A stretch of DNA of 64,000 nt, taken from the NCBI GenBank assembly GCA_977030845.1, contig OZ365109.1, forward strand, positions 23,808,001 to 23,872,000, in the 5' to 3' direction. The DNA comes from Fimbriosthenelais zetlandica. Taxonomy: Eukaryota. The notes under the pieces were generated by a model, which was not told where the DNA came from, made no database searches, and saw only the letters and a list, made by a program, of their open reading frames with translations. This document shows, piece after piece, positions 38,201 through 51,776 of the stretch. The position numbers and the translations under genes were made by a program. Within the stretch, counting starts at the first letter, position 1; each line of letters opens with the position of its first letter.

Positions 38201-41200
38201 TTTTCGCCATTTTGTCGTTATCATCATCAGAAATATCTTTTTCAGACTCCATGGGATTCAAGGCAAAGGTAACCGATTTTCTCCTGAGAGGATTTGCCCG
38301 CCTGACTCTCAAGACTTCAATCTCGGAATTGACTTCCGTTTTCTGTGCAATTGGCTGCTTTTCCTGGAAGATATGAACATTAATGTTTACATGACAAGTA
38401 ACTGCTAAAATTCACATGTCTAAAGTCGAAGATTACAGCAGTACTCTCTCAAATCGATCTATGTCAGTTTTATCATACATGAAGTTTGAACTAGAAATTA
38501 CTTGGGCTTGCAAGGTTCATAGGGTATTTTCTATTAGGGTATACTGATAGAAACATATATTTTATTTTATGGCCGAAATTTCACCAACCTCTTTCTCTAT
38601 GGAATCTTGTTTTTTATGTGGAATAGTGAAGCTGAATGGGTCTTGGGAAGCTTCTGCCGAGGTTGTGCTGAAAAGAAACGTAGAACATAAGTTTCTGTAA
38701 TTTCTGTATTTTCAGTGGTTGATATTCATCATTTAGATTAATGAGTATTACTGGTAAACAAAAATTAACCTTTTCAAATATTTCTAAATAAATATTTTGA
38801 TCTTTTAAAGAGAAAATAGGGAAAAACTTACTCCATGGTGTTATTGAACTGAGACATTAGACTCCGATCCTGGGAGGCATCCAATGCGCTGTACATGGCC
38901 GGCAGAACACTGCAATTATCAAAGAATTATGACATGATCATTTGTACCAAATATTTTTACATTTTCTAGTCCATCAAAACTACCGTAAATTAAAAAAAAA
39001 TTAGTTTAGAGATTTACATAGTTGTATTAGCCCCTTACATCAGTGAATCTACTCCGAACTAAATTTTGACAAAATTTGAATATATTTAAATTCGAAATAA
39101 ATAATCACCTTTTCGCTTTGAGGACTTCGCGTTGATGTTCAGTCAAGACGCGTTTTTTCGGTGCAGTAGAGGGAGTGATCACCACAAAATCTGATTCCTT
39201 CAGATCGTCCAGGCCCAGCTTCTTCCGGGCCCCACCGACGGCCGGAGACTTGGCCCGTTTGAGAGGAGACTTTTTGACATCTGGTGATGCGACCTTTTCC
39301 ATGAAGCTGCCCACTTTTTTGTGAGGTGAAGGCAGGCCTACTATATTAGGCAGGGATACCTCAGTGTCACCACCCTGCAAAAAAAATAACCCTATATAAG
39401 AACAGTTCAGCAAATAGCAGCTTTATTTCACCACTAAATGGCTGTATTTTGATTGGCGTCATTTTAAAAGCATTCCCTTTGATTATGAAACACTTCCATT
39501 ATAAACTTTATCTCAAATTTCAGGGTTTAACTTACAGCCTAAAGGTAATATATGACATAACCCATAATGATCTCTTGATTCAACACAATAGTGGGCTAAA
39601 ATAATATGGATTTTTACCTGACTGAGTTGACTTGCTGGAACTGCTCCTTGCAGGATCACTTCAGAAACGTCCCATCCTGGCAACTTCACTGGTGCCTTCT
39701 CTCGTACCTTAGCTAATACAACTCTGAAAATGCAATATTACGAAATTATAATTAAAATACAAAACAAGCCTCCATTAATACCATTTTTCCCCTTCTTCTT
39801 CACATCCATTCTCTGGTACAGTTTGCATAAAATTAGAAATTTTATTGATGAATGAAACATAGTTTTTATACAGCAACTTTCCACAATCTTGTCTTTCACA
39901 ATGTTAGAAGATAAGCGTAAACTCACTTCAAATCCTCGGGATATTCCAATGGTGCAGAATTGGCGAATGTAGCATTCCACAGGACCATGCTTTGGTTCTT
40001 GATGGACCTCCTGGGGTGGAGGAAGGTGGTGCCCAATACAGGCGAGATGTGAGCCAGAAACTCCGAGTCAAACGGCCCTTTATGCCGACCAGTGATACAC
40101 GTCACAAAGTCTGTGAAGAGTTTCTCCAACTGAAATAATTTGATTAATATCTTTGAACCGAATATTCAACAAAACTTCTTACTTAAATAATGCTCAAAAA
40201 ACAAAAACTGCAATTATCTCAGATCAAGCTAACCTAGCCAACAAATTTTTATTAGGAAACAACAGGCGTGACAATAGAAACGGAAATTTACCTTTTGGAG
40301 CACTTGAGCTGAATACATTCGGCGTGCTGGCTTTTTTGCTGCCCCTTCAAAGAACTGAGCCAAGCAGGGAGCTAGTTTCTCTGTGGCCACAGCGATGACA
40401 GTAGTGGAGGGGAGGTGTGTGAAGATCATACTAAGACCTTCTATAATGCTAAGAGCTGCTATCTGAAGTCCTGCCGCAGACAACTGCTTCTGGAATTCAA
40501 ATAGAAACATAAGTGATACGATGCCGGTAGAAATCTATTTTACCCGAGTTGTGATCATGGAAAGTTTGAAGAATATGTTGATCCATTGTTTGGGGTTTAA
40601 TTAAAGTTGCTCTATCACCAGTGATTCCTTATCACCAATGATTCCAGAGGGTTAGATTTTAGTTCATCAACTGCGCTTATTTACTTATGCCTGCACCTTA
40701 TGGTACGACTGACATTTGCGACTAACCAATAAATTAAAGAAACAAAGTCTAATATATTATACACAAGATTTGTACACGTGTCCTTTAATAATGGACATGA
40801 AAGAAGCGATTAGGGATAGGACTTAGACTAACCTTGGTACTTGGCAAAGGGTCTTCGTTGGAATTCTCATGTAACGCATTGGACACAAGGACAATGAGCG
40901 AGACGAGCGAGTGTAGGTTGGCTAGAGGCCGCTGCTTCTTTTTGTTCATGAATTTTCCAGGGCTGAGTATTCCTGGGATAGAAAAAGAAATGTTTATTTT
41001 TTGTTGAAAAGTAAGATAAAAAATAAATAACGAGATTACAGATGCTTATAAAAGAATTAAGATAATTAGTTTTATGACAATAAATAATATCTAAGATCAA
41101 AATGTAACTTAGTTGTCAGTGTCTTATAATCCTTCTAATTTTACATTATTCAGATGTAAACATTTTTATTTCTATCCTCAAGTCAATAATCTTCAGACTA

Positions 41201-44200
41201 TTTAGATTAGTAATACTGTAGCGCCTACCTGAAGGATTCACATAGAATACCCCACCAGAACTCACGCCTGAGAATTCGACATGTTTGATAACAGTTTGGA
41301 TAACCTGCGAGAGTGTCTCCACACAACGGAAATCCTATTGAAAGAAAGGAATTTGGTCAACATATTTATCCCGTATTTTTATTATGAATTCCACTTCAGT
41401 ACAAAGCTTTGGGCCAACAATAAAAAAAAGTTAATTTATTTTCACTAAGCTTACTAAAGTAAAGTTAAATAATCTCATAAATTGCAAGACGCAGGTTACA
41501 TACCTTCAGTGCATCTCTGTTATTTTCCAAGAGACTCAAGATTCTTGAACACAGCTCCTCACAACAGATGTTAGATTCGGTGTTTGTGACCATGGCTGCG
41601 AGTCGGGAGAAGGTACTGTACAACTCTGTCCATGTTTTCATCATCGCTTTGTATGATGTCTGTAATTGGAAGACANNNNNNNNNNNNNNNNNNNNNNNNN
41701 NNNNNNNNNNNNNNNNNNNNNNNNNNNNNNNNNNNNNNNNNNNNNNNNNNNNNNNNNNNNNNNNNNNNNNNNNNNNNNNNNNNNNNNNNNNNNNNNNNNN
41801 NNNCATGCCAGCAGCTAGATTTGTTTAAAAAGTAGTTTGAGGAAAATAAATAGTATATATTTACCGCAGGGAAATCCGAGCGGAGGAGGTGAGCTAATGG
41901 TAGTAACAAAGCAGCGTAGAGACAGGTGAAGTCGTGCTCAAGGGCATCCCCAGCATTTACTTCATTTGTCTGAAAAGTAAATTAAAACACATTTAATTTT
42001 TTTAAAGGGCGATAAACCACAAGCCGTACATATTCACAAAAATAACAGTTCATCGGTCGACACTTGTCAACAAACTTAGTAGCCAGAATATTTGGGCTCG
42101 CAAAATTTTTTAAAAAAACGGTTGCATTTGGCAACATCCAAAAAGTTTCAGTAGCCAATCTAAAAGTATCAATTTCATGCAGATTAGTGAATAATCACCA
42201 GCTCTAGGTCAATTTAGTGGGCTTGGGCGACTTTGCGACTTTGCGAACTAGTTATAATTTCCATGGTTATTTCCATGGTCGAGTGGTCGCAATTGTAAGA
42301 TTCCCTTATATATTTTTTCGTTGTCCTTTCCAACACTTGAAATATTTTTTTTCTGTGATAGGTACATTATCACTGACACATTCTAAATAAAAATACATGT
42401 ATATGATTAACAAATTGGAGATGTACCTTTGATATATGTTCATGGAGTGGGTTAACCACGACACTCCACATCCTCCATAGCGTTTCCTTGTTCTCCACCC
42501 TGCTAGCAGACTGATCCAGGATTTGTAAAACAGCCTTACAGAAGGCTAGAGCACCATTCTGATTCGTCAATCCACTTTCAATCAATTTCTCAAGGAGAAC
42601 AAAAAACCTGAGGAAAGAATTTAAAATTGTAGATTTTTAATGAGAGTATTTTTAAAAAAATCCATTGACTAGAGTAGAAAAGAAGACAATTTCCAAATAT
42701 AAAAATGGTTATTTTTAATTTACCTTTCCTGAGCGGAGCATGTTTCCAACAGCCGGTGATTGAAGAGCAAGTCCAGCAGGAAGAGTACGGGAGTGCCTTG
42801 CATCATCCCTGTCTTTGAAGTCCCTATGGCAAACGATGAAGAGGCCAGTGCCTTTGCCGGTAGGACCAGAACCGCTTGGATTAACTTAAGCGACTTTTCA
42901 GGCTTCAAACATTGAGTTGTTACGATATGCTGGAGACATAGCAACAAGTGTGACAATACTTCAGAGGCATCACTCTTATTGCCAGTATCCACTACATTCT
43001 TCACATGAGCCACAAGGGCATACCATATATGATAGAGGAGACCGTCATCAAGGTCCTCTTGCAAAGAACAAATACTCTCTCTCACAGCAGAAATAAGCAG
43101 CTGGGCATTCTTCACAAAGAAAACCGGTCCTGATATGAAGTTGTGTTCAAGTTCCCCCAGAGTGAACTTGGGTCTGGGAAGGTTTGGGTCCTCCGAAGGT
43201 AGACCGAGGAGCCGACCGATTATTTGCGCCCCGATGTTTTGTAAGGCACGGAAATGTGGCATGGGACTTCCTGGAATGTTTGGAGTAGCGGGACTAGCTA
43301 TCATACCCAAACGACTTGTAGGCGTTCTCAAACCAGCAGCACTTTTATTAGCCAAACCTCCGATGGAGAAATTAAGCAGTGGTGCTACAACCATCTCAAA
43401 GTAAGTTGTGGCGGTTTGTTTGAGGTTCTGAACGAAAATCCACCAAACTGTTGCCTTGGCCACAGCCACTGATTCCACTTTGGCATTGCTCAGCTTGAAA
43501 ACCTGCATTATCAGTTTGACACGTTTACCGTCCGAGATGATATCATGGTTCAGAGCGAAGTTCTCGATCAGTGTCTTCCAGGAGGTGTAGGCGGCGCATT
43601 TGATCTCCGTCGCGGGGTTCTTAAATGCCAATTCAACAAAGGGTAATAATCGATTGATAAGCTGACCATGATGAAGGAACTTCCCAAGTATGGTGACATA
43701 GTACTGCCAAACTCTCATGGCAAATATCTCCTGCTTGGACGACATAAGGTTGCTTATTTGGTCTACGAGAATGGAGGGACTCTTATCGTTGCTTTTCAAG
43801 TCAGCCATCATTAATTTGCCGATCTCAGTCTGTTGTTTCAGTATGGCAGGCATGCCTAATTCCATCGCAAGCACTGCCCTTTCTCTCACTTTCACCGCAC
43901 TATGTACTAGTAATGGGTACACCAGTTTAGCCCATTTGGGAGCATGAATGGTCATTTCATCAGGGACTTGATTTAGCAGCCTGAAGAAAATAGAAAATGT
44001 AAAATTATTTTGAAGAGGAAAACTCTCAGTAAAGTCCAATATTTTTCTGCCTGGATTACGAAATTAACTATCTAGAGGAGACTCTGTGTCAATTCATTGA
44101 AAATTTCAGCTCAATGCAAAGTAATTTATTACCAACCAATTACTTGACTGTCAGTCATATTACATAATAGATTATGTTCCTTGATCAAGGACTTTCAATC

Positions 44201-45598
44201 GGTTACACTTTGGAACATTCAATATAGATATAAAACAACTACACGAATACCTTAAGCATTCGAAATGGGAAGAAATGTTATACCTTTCTATGTACTGTAT
44301 TGTATACCTATATAAACAATCCATAATCTATACCTGATATATGCATTCAATCCTTCATGTTCAACAGTCATGGACTTGAAGTTCTTCTCACAGACAGCCT
44401 CTTCAATCACATCAAGGATCATTGGGACCTGAAAATAAGCAGCGGCGATTTTTGATGTCATTATTTGTCTATCAGCCTCATTTCAACTGAGGTCAATTTT
44501 TTACTTATTCAATATCAAACAACACCAGAAACTAGTTTACAAAAAGCCTACAAGAGGGTTTTTGGAAAGAGTTATTGGTACGGTATTTGATTTAAATACC
44601 TTCTCAGAAACAGTTTCAGCTTCCAGTTTCTGCGTAGCAATGCACCATAAGGCTCTCGTGCACATTGTCTTCTCTGTCGTTTCCTGCACTACTTTACAGA
44701 TAGTATCTAGCAATAGGTGTGCATCTGGCTTCTTGAAAGACCTGAAAAGGAAAATTCAAATTTAGTTTCTACCTCAGTCAATCACGGAAATAAAGGCATT
44801 TTTTAACATTTTAAAACTGAAAACTTTTGCTTAAGCCTTTATAATTTAATAAGGTGTTCCTTAAGCTGGTAGGCTACAACTAAATAAGTTGGAACTGAAA
44901 AGAAAGTTCCTTTAATTGGAGATGTTTAATAATGGAGGTTTCACTGCAGTTAAGGATGTCAATAGTTTGTCGATATGGTACATACTTGGCTATTTCTTCA
45001 TGATGGAGACAAAAGCCGAGTCCCTGAAGGGCCTGCATTGCAAATGCAGGACTGCTATTTTCCAAATGTTCGCATATCTTTGCTGCTGCTTCTGACGACT
45101 GATGTTCCAACTCCTCTCCCAAATTTGCTATTGCTTCTTCATTGTTCAGTTTGCTGGAAAAAGATGACATTATAAATATGTGTAACGTACACCAATACCT
45201 TTAAGTATGTATTCTATTGCAAAAAAATACAGAACTCAAATAACAACTGAATTTAGAATTTTAAGAGAGGTATAAATAAATTACATAAACGGTGTACTTC
45301 TATATTAAGAACTGACTGACTCAGATTACTATGCACAAGCTTATAAATTTACCCGTGACAGAAGAATTTAACACAGACACCCATCAATTCGACGGATCTT
45401 TAATAAATAGGGACGCGGATCTCTTCCAAAATAATATGGGGGAAAACAATGAAAAAGAAATAAAACAGTAGATCGATGGTAGGCCTAAGCCCTATATAAA
45501 ACTTACTCAGACAAATCCATATAGAAATCGGAGATGGTGGTTTTACACCCAGATAGAAGGGGAGCAAGTAAGCTCTCTTCTGCTACAGTCACCATCAT
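32213..45598 (-). CDS. RIF1: Telomere-associated / replication-timing regulator RIF1, 23 coding exons
   Basis: Exons 45598-45507, 45153-44986, 44741-44600, 44428-44334, 43980-42724, 42607-42427, 41969-41865, 41659-41504, 41334-41229, 40972-40833, 40489-40292, 40129-39927, 39723-39618, 39374-39109, 38909-38832, 38667-38589, 38363-35232, 34762-34598, 34356-34291, 34077-33935, 33602-33379, 32968-32858, 32730-32213. HEAT-region motifs (ALQGLGFCL, WAKLVYPLLVHSA, WKTLIENFALN, EVNAGDALEHDF, WNATFA), a 1044-codon disordered exon, SILK/GILK/RRVSF PP1 motifs, and C-terminal VYPELLSC...LPQLTSSTWVRGLGQLIRSKNIRTVGDL...LPIRTPKV. Confidence 0.96.
34490..34575 (+). mobile_element. Truncated tRNA-derived SINE head in a RIF1 intron
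   Basis: cagtgtagtggttagaatg (A-box-like) ... gtttcgaactg (B-box-like) ... caggtcaaaccgaagac; short and degenerate. Confidence 0.4.
41676..41803. other. Assembly gap (128 N) within RIF1 intron 7
   Basis: Run of N; the flanking exons join in phase 0, so no coding loss is needed. Confidence 0.95.
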
Positions 45599-46276
45599 TG
45601 TCCTGTCAAGAAGTAAACAAAAACATGATCATTTATCTGGATAAATATCAAAAAACTTACAAAGTGACGTCTGTCAAAACTTAGTCTTAGCCCTAGATAT
45701 TATAGTATTATTATAGGCCGAAGTCAATACACTGTGCATGTGTATTGTCTATTGACAGTGGGGCTAGCAAAATGCCAGTACTGTATGTATGGCTAGTCTA
45801 GGCCTAGCCCTAGGCCAGCTTGGGCCTAGTGTTACTAGTGTTGTTAGTGTTACACTAAGTGTAGAGAGAATGGACGGAAGGTGGCAGATGCCACCATCAA
45901 AGGTATTATGGCATAGATTATTGTTTTGTTACTGATATAGGGTAGGACTAGGAAAGATGAGGGAAATTACACCCCAAGGCCCAATCCAATACGGTACACA
46001 ATCACTCATTCAGTCCATAGATAATAGTAGAACTATTATTAATCTATGTTCAGTCCCACTCGGCACTCCCAGTCAGTGATCATGCATTCATGGCCATGGG
46101 TGGTGCAACTACCCGCCAAACAAAACAAAAATTAAAATGGCGATCAACAGTACAGTCTCTATTCCACGACAAATAAAATTTTTACCTGTGTTAATGGGAT
46201 TGGCTCCTCCAAACGTAATATTTATCCTTGGAACATACTTGTTGCCGTCCACAATACACATAGATGCACTCACAGA

Positions 46277-46287
46277 TTCGCGGGAAA
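46277..46287 (-). promoter_or_regulatory. E2F-type site (TTTCCCGCGAA) in the RIF1 5' region, near ETS-like CCGGAA motifs (~46336-46347)
   Basis: Consensus match upstream of a candidate non-coding RIF1 exon donor (CAG|gtaaaa near 46186); function inferred only. Confidence 0.4.
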
Positions 46288-47695
46288 TGTCTCTCAAACT
46301 CAAAACATGATTGGTCCATTCCACTGTCATGTGACCGGAACCGGAAATAGTAGACTCCAAACCCGTTACAACGTGAAAATACCGTAAAACCTTTAATTTT
46401 CATGATTAATATTATCCATTTTGGGATGGTTTTACATGTTTATAACACTTCATGTTCTGAAAAGTGAGGCCCAAATACATAATACGTTCATGAATTACTA
46501 CCATATGGTATTTCGTAGTCTGTGGGTTAAATCATCTTGGAAATAAAACTCACGTGGAAAGTTCTACATGATTTTGATAGATGGCAGCACTGGTGCTTGC
46601 CACAGGAACTTGTCAACAAGACATGCAAGATGACAAGGAGCAGTGTTCAATGTGTTTTTTTCGTGATTTTCATCTTGCTGTGCAGGTATTTAAGACTGTT
46701 TAAGATCAGTTGACATTCTTAGTGGTTTTCTAGTTTAGATGATAAAATGATCACGTCAATATACAAATGATCACGTCCTCAGCTCGGCCCTCGGACTCGA
46801 AGTCAGATGAGTCGATGACGGTGTACAGCCTGCACTGCCACTGGCACTGGTCATGCGGTTAGGAGTATAGTATAGTCCAGTATAGGGCCTACAATTTTGG
46901 GTAGTCAGAACTTAGGCATGCATGCCCTTCTGTCCTGAGACTGGGTCTGACGTGATCATAAACGGGCAGGGCAGTGATGATCTTTTTGGAAATGGGATGA
47001 AAAGATGGGCTTTCACTCAAAGGGATTTTTTGGTGTAAAATGTCTGTAATTTGGTTGGGGTGGGGGGGGGGGGGGGGGGGGGGGGATATTCAACCTACGG
47101 GCATAGATCTCGCCAGTTTTAGGCATAGCTTCAATTGTAGGAGGGCTCTAACATTATGTCAATATTAATAGCTAGCCTTTAGTTTAGGTTACCAGGAATA
47201 ATAGCCTAATTACATAACAATTAGGCCTAGGGCCTATAGACTTGTAGAGTTGTACATCATTACAATTTACATGTATACAAACAACAATTTTGGGAGTATT
47301 TTGTGTTTTGGTTTTCTATTGTTTAATGATTTATGTATTGTGATGGCGGGGTCATGTCATAGATTCATGCCGATATTAAAACGCCTTTGTTAATTGTGCC
47401 ACCAACCAAATCATTAATTAGGCTACATTGTCTGAGAAGATCTTATGTCAGACAATAATAATTATTATATCTACAGAGAAAATAATAATTATTATATCTA
47501 CAGACATAATTTAAAGTGTACAATAACATTATACGGCTATTACACTTTAGGGTACTGTATTGAGAAATATAAATTATAATTGATCCATTATTTTCCTGAC
47601 TGAGTAATGACTGAATTCATTGTTATATTTGTATATTCCAGGTATGCACAAATGTAAATGTCCTGTCGCCAGTCGATCGCCAGGAGGCCTGAAGT

Positions 47696-49039
47696 ATGGG
47701 GAACCTGCAAAGCCATGCAGAAAAAGACATAGTTCATCGAGACTACCTGATTGAAGACAATGAGACAAGGATCCTTCATATGACCGATTATGAAACCTGG
47801 AAGAATGGCAGGGCTGAATCTTTGGGCTTCACTCCGCCCTGCCTCGAGTATCATACCAACGAGTCCCTGCCCTACAGCTCTCAGCAATGTTACACCATCG
47901 AGGTGACAGGTACCAGGAGAAGGACTGTAGAGTTCAGGAAGGATCTGTCTTGCTACTCGGCCGACTTGGAGACCACAAGTACAGCCCGGCATATTCTTCA
48001 CATCAGACAACATATAACTGGGGATAATTCCATGATTCCTTTACAACAATCCTCAGCCCCTGAACTTGATTACATGGTCGATCCAATATTAACAGTCCTC
48101 GCCTACCACTGTGATATAGTCGTCTTCTCTGTCAAAGACAAAACGAAAAACATCCCCAAAGTCATTCTTTTCTGTGATGTGGGAAAGAAAGCTTTGTTTG
48201 GAGTTTTTTCAATCCCAGTTCAATACAGTAATCTGAGTGGGGTTTCAGTGTCCTGCTGCTCCAGCACTGATGGCTCCAATTTCGTCATCTATGTTATGGA
48301 GGACCATTATGACGAGTTCAGCTTGCACATGTATGCAATGAAGTTTGATAATAGAAAACCAGTGATAAGGAATTCACTCCGCTCAGGGCATTCCTCCTGG
48401 TATGAACCCAACCTCCAGACATCTTATCTGGGATCCTCCAATGACGTGATAGTCACTTTTGGCGATTATCCATTGGGTTTGGCTTATTCCGACCCTTCCA
48501 GGTACCTTCTGATTTTCGACATTGCCAATGATAAAGTTGCTCAATGTCTAGCCTTAACAGACAACCTGTATCCAGTCAGCCTCACCTGCAGTGCTGATGC
48601 CACTTGGATCGGGACATTATCCCGGGATCCCACCGCCTGGGAAGGCGACGCTGAGGGTTATGTAGTGAGGTTATATACTGCTGAATCTCTGGCACTTATC
48701 ATGGAATTTAAAGTCCCACTTGCCATTGATAACTTCAACTCTGTCTCACACTGCAGCAAGATCATGTTCTCCCAAAATAACAGCCTTCTAGCCGTGACTT
48801 CCAGTGATACCAGGGAGGATTTCGGACCTGATTTCTATGGGTACTGCGGGGGTCTGAGCAAAAAAGGAACCAGGGGAGTCCAAGTGACTGTCTATAGACT
48901 GCCCGTGGTGAAAATCAATTTGAAAGCTCTCTGCAGGGACACCATCTTAGGTTCTTGCAAACATCAGGATGTGGTTTCACTTCCCTTGCCAAAGGCACTG
49001 AAGTGTTATCTTTCCTATCTTGGAAAACAGGGTAGTTGA
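47696..49039 (+). CDS. Uncharacterised SOCS-box protein with a beta-propeller-like core and an N-myristoylation-type start; single coding exon
   Basis: 447-aa ORF; C-terminal INLKALCRDTIL (BC box) ... LPLPKALKCYL (Cul5 box); beta-strand-rich middle with WD-like motifs; MGNLQS start. An acceptor (attccag, ending 47641) indicates a 5' UTR intron. Confidence 0.85.
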   Translation: MGNLQSHAEKDIVHRDYLIEDNETRILHMTDYETWKNGRAESLGFTPPCLEYHTNESLPYSSQQCYTIEVTGTRRRTVEFRKDLSCYSADLETTSTARHILHIRQHITGDNSMIPLQQSSAPELDYMVDPILTVLAYHCDIVVFSVKDKTKNIPKVILFCDVGKKALFGVFSIPVQYSNLSGVSVSCCSSTDGSNFVIYVMEDHYDEFSLHMYAMKFDNRKPVIRNSLRSGHSSWYEPNLQTSYLGSSNDVIVTFGDYPLGLAYSDPSRYLLIFDIANDKVAQCLALTDNLYPVSLTCSADATWIGTLSRDPTAWEGDAEGYVVRLYTAESLALIMEFKVPLAIDNFNSVSHCSKIMFSQNNSLLAVTSSDTREDFGPDFYGYCGGLSKKGTRGVQVTVYRLPVVKINLKALCRDTILGSCKHQDVVSLPLPKALKCYLSYLGKQGS

Positions 49040-50237
49040 TGTATGTTTCCACTAGATATAATGTGATAGTTTTCTAAACTCTTTGCCGGTGTTCAATTTT
49101 TGGTAATTTGTATGAAAGTTGGTGTGACATGTGTTATAATTACCAAATAACAAAGTTACGAAAACTATCAATATGGGTGATATACCTATTAATCGCTGCA
49201 TAGTACATTTACGTTTGATTTATTTTAAATGACTCGCTGATCTGGGACGCATAGACCATTTATTTCTACCCTCTATGTATTATATGATCTGAAATTATCT
49301 AGAAGAAATCTCTCGAGCTTTCATTTGTTATCTAATCTATTCTCAGTCGAATCAAAAGAAGCTTTAGTGTACAATCTAGTCTTTTCCCAGCATACCGGTA
49401 TTGTATATCTTCTACATTTTCTCAATATAATTTAGATCCTTTCGCCAGTTCTTATCCTTGTCGAGTAGAACAATTGAAAGATTAATTGCATATTTCCAGA
49501 CTAAAAGAAACACATGATCTAACCGTTAAGTGCCTCCATTGGATCTGATGTTACTCGCTGTTTTATTATTGTCCATAAATAAAGATATACAAAAACACGT
49601 TGAACTTGTTGTTTCGAAATTGATTACGGCACCACGGTACTCTAAATTACTCACCTTCCAGACATTGTGGGACTGAGAAAACACAAGAAAAAATCATAAT
49701 TTAATTTTCCATGACCTCTTTAGAAATTCCATATGCTTCCAGGCCTGGAAAATCTAAAGAAAAGATTTCCTGATTATTATGAGAGGAAACCCTGTTTGAG
49801 GTTACAAATGCAAGTGAAAGGTTGATAGACAATAAAAGAATTATGTTTGTTTATGCATGTTTATTCTTTCCTTGAAACGGACATCGTTCATCCACAAAGT
49901 CCTTCCAGCATTTGATGCCCTTTTTCACATATTTAATCGGAAGATTCGAGTGATTTCCGATACCCCCTCCCCAGAATGGATATCCAATGCATTCACACAC
50001 AGACAGTAATGTTGCCTAAAGAGGCTAAAATGGACGATGGTATCTTCAGAAACTTTGCTCAAAACCGAAATTCATTTGGCTTTAACATGGTATAAAATGA
50101 ATACTGGAACATCGTTCGATGAAGCACAACGGAAGAAATATATACATTATTTTATCAATATGACCGGGGTGAAAAATATTTCAGGATTCAACCATAGAAT
50201 GCTACTGCTGCGGTTTTGGTGAGTGGAGAGCCAATCT

Positions 50238-50289
50238 GGGGCCCGTTTCACAAAAATTAAAAGCTGTTACTTCTTATGAAATGGGCCCC
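50238..50289. mobile_element. Internally deleted mini-MITE / hairpin (GGGGCCCGTTTCACAA ... TATGAAATGGGCCCC)
   Basis: Imperfect ~15 bp terminal inverted repeats; a similar end (gggccctatttcataa) occurs near 5594. Confidence 0.45.
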
Positions 50290-51776
50290 TAGTGTGGGAA
50301 CTATTGCACTCCCACAAGACTAAAATTACCTCCAAAGGTTTTGCTCTCTGATTAAATTAACAACTTCCAGATTTACATAACAAAATTGGTTGCATGTTCA
50401 TATATACGCGACGGACAGACACACCCCAAAACCAAACTTGGGATAATGCAACAACTCCATGACTCACTGAATGCAACAAGCATGATATTTCGTTATAGTT
50501 TGAACTCTGGGATGCAAGTCAGGAAATGTCCCCGGAAAAATGTCTGAAATTTTCACAAAGACTATCTCCAAATTATAAAAAAAGAAGGGGGGTTTCAATT
50601 AAATATATTGAATTTTTGAAAAGTACGAGAAAACGCTCGTCAGGCAGATAACAACTTGTGAAAATCCCAAAATGATCGGACATAAATATATATTAAAAAG
50701 AAAAGAAAAGTCTAACAGAAGCGAAAGCCTCAAAACGTGCATTCCCGTTTTTTTAGTATATCGAATGGCATGACCGAAGTTTCTTTTTTCTCCCTCTTCA
50801 ACCAACATATGTAACAATGTACTTCTGTTAAGAATTGCAATCGGAACTTATCATAATTATCCCATGTCTTCTTCAATAGCTAATTTAATCTCGGCATGAT
50901 CTCTCCCAATACAACGAAATATGGGTTTCTAACAGATATGAAGGCTCAATGTTTTTTATACTAAGGGTCTAGATCCACTGCGTTCTCAAGAAGAAGAGAC
51001 AGTCCTGTATAATCTAAGATTTGGTCTTTAGAAGAGTGATACATTTGAATGGAACTACAAGGTTTCTTTGAAACCCTGGACATCTTCAGGACAGCCTTAT
51101 ATTCAGAAGACCGCAGTGGATCCATACCCTTAATCAGGAGAAACGTCTTTTCAGTTACTCCAGGCAGATTCCTGTAATAAATGGCCCCTTTAATCAGTTC
51201 TCGTCCTCGATTGATGAGCAAAAGTCCAGAATGACAAGCTTTTTTTTCTAAGCCAGTCATTTTAAACTAAGAAGACAAATGGTGGTTTCCACGAGTGATA
51301 GGAATGGGTGAGTTATATTTTTTTGGTCGGCTCATTCAGTTAAACCAGGTAGAACTGGAAGTAAAATATTTCAACCTCGATTCCACATTAGATATATATG
51401 GACACAATATATTTTGCAGTTGTGCTAAACCAAACGTTAGAACTATAATTTAAATACTTCAAAATATTCATCCATTCAAATTATGCTTCTGTTGTATGGT
51501 TAATGGAAACAGCTGCAAATCTATATTATTTTGGCAGATAATATAATGTGAATTAGGGGTTGAGTACGTTGGCTTCCAACAGTCTATTTAATACATAGGC
51601 CTACACTCTGGTTTTTGTTCCAGGTAAAAAAAATTAAATCGTTTTAGGTTTAACAGCCACTGGCCCTTCTTGGCAATGTTAAGACTGTGACTAAACCTGA
51701 ATATAATTATCTTCTGTTTCTTGAGACCATGGCCGTATCCAGTTTTTTTTTTACATTGTCGTGGTAACTTATTTAC

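Noticed and set aside
35287-38376. Several plus-strand ORFs of 64-113 aa over RIF1, and similar antisense ORFs over the GPCR, the orphan exon, RIF1 exon 5 and the PAN gene
   Set aside because: Antisense shadows or alternative frames of real coding exons, with no independent features.
41676-41803. ORFs spanning the N run
   Set aside because: Artefacts of the gap; the real RIF1 exons flank it and join in frame.
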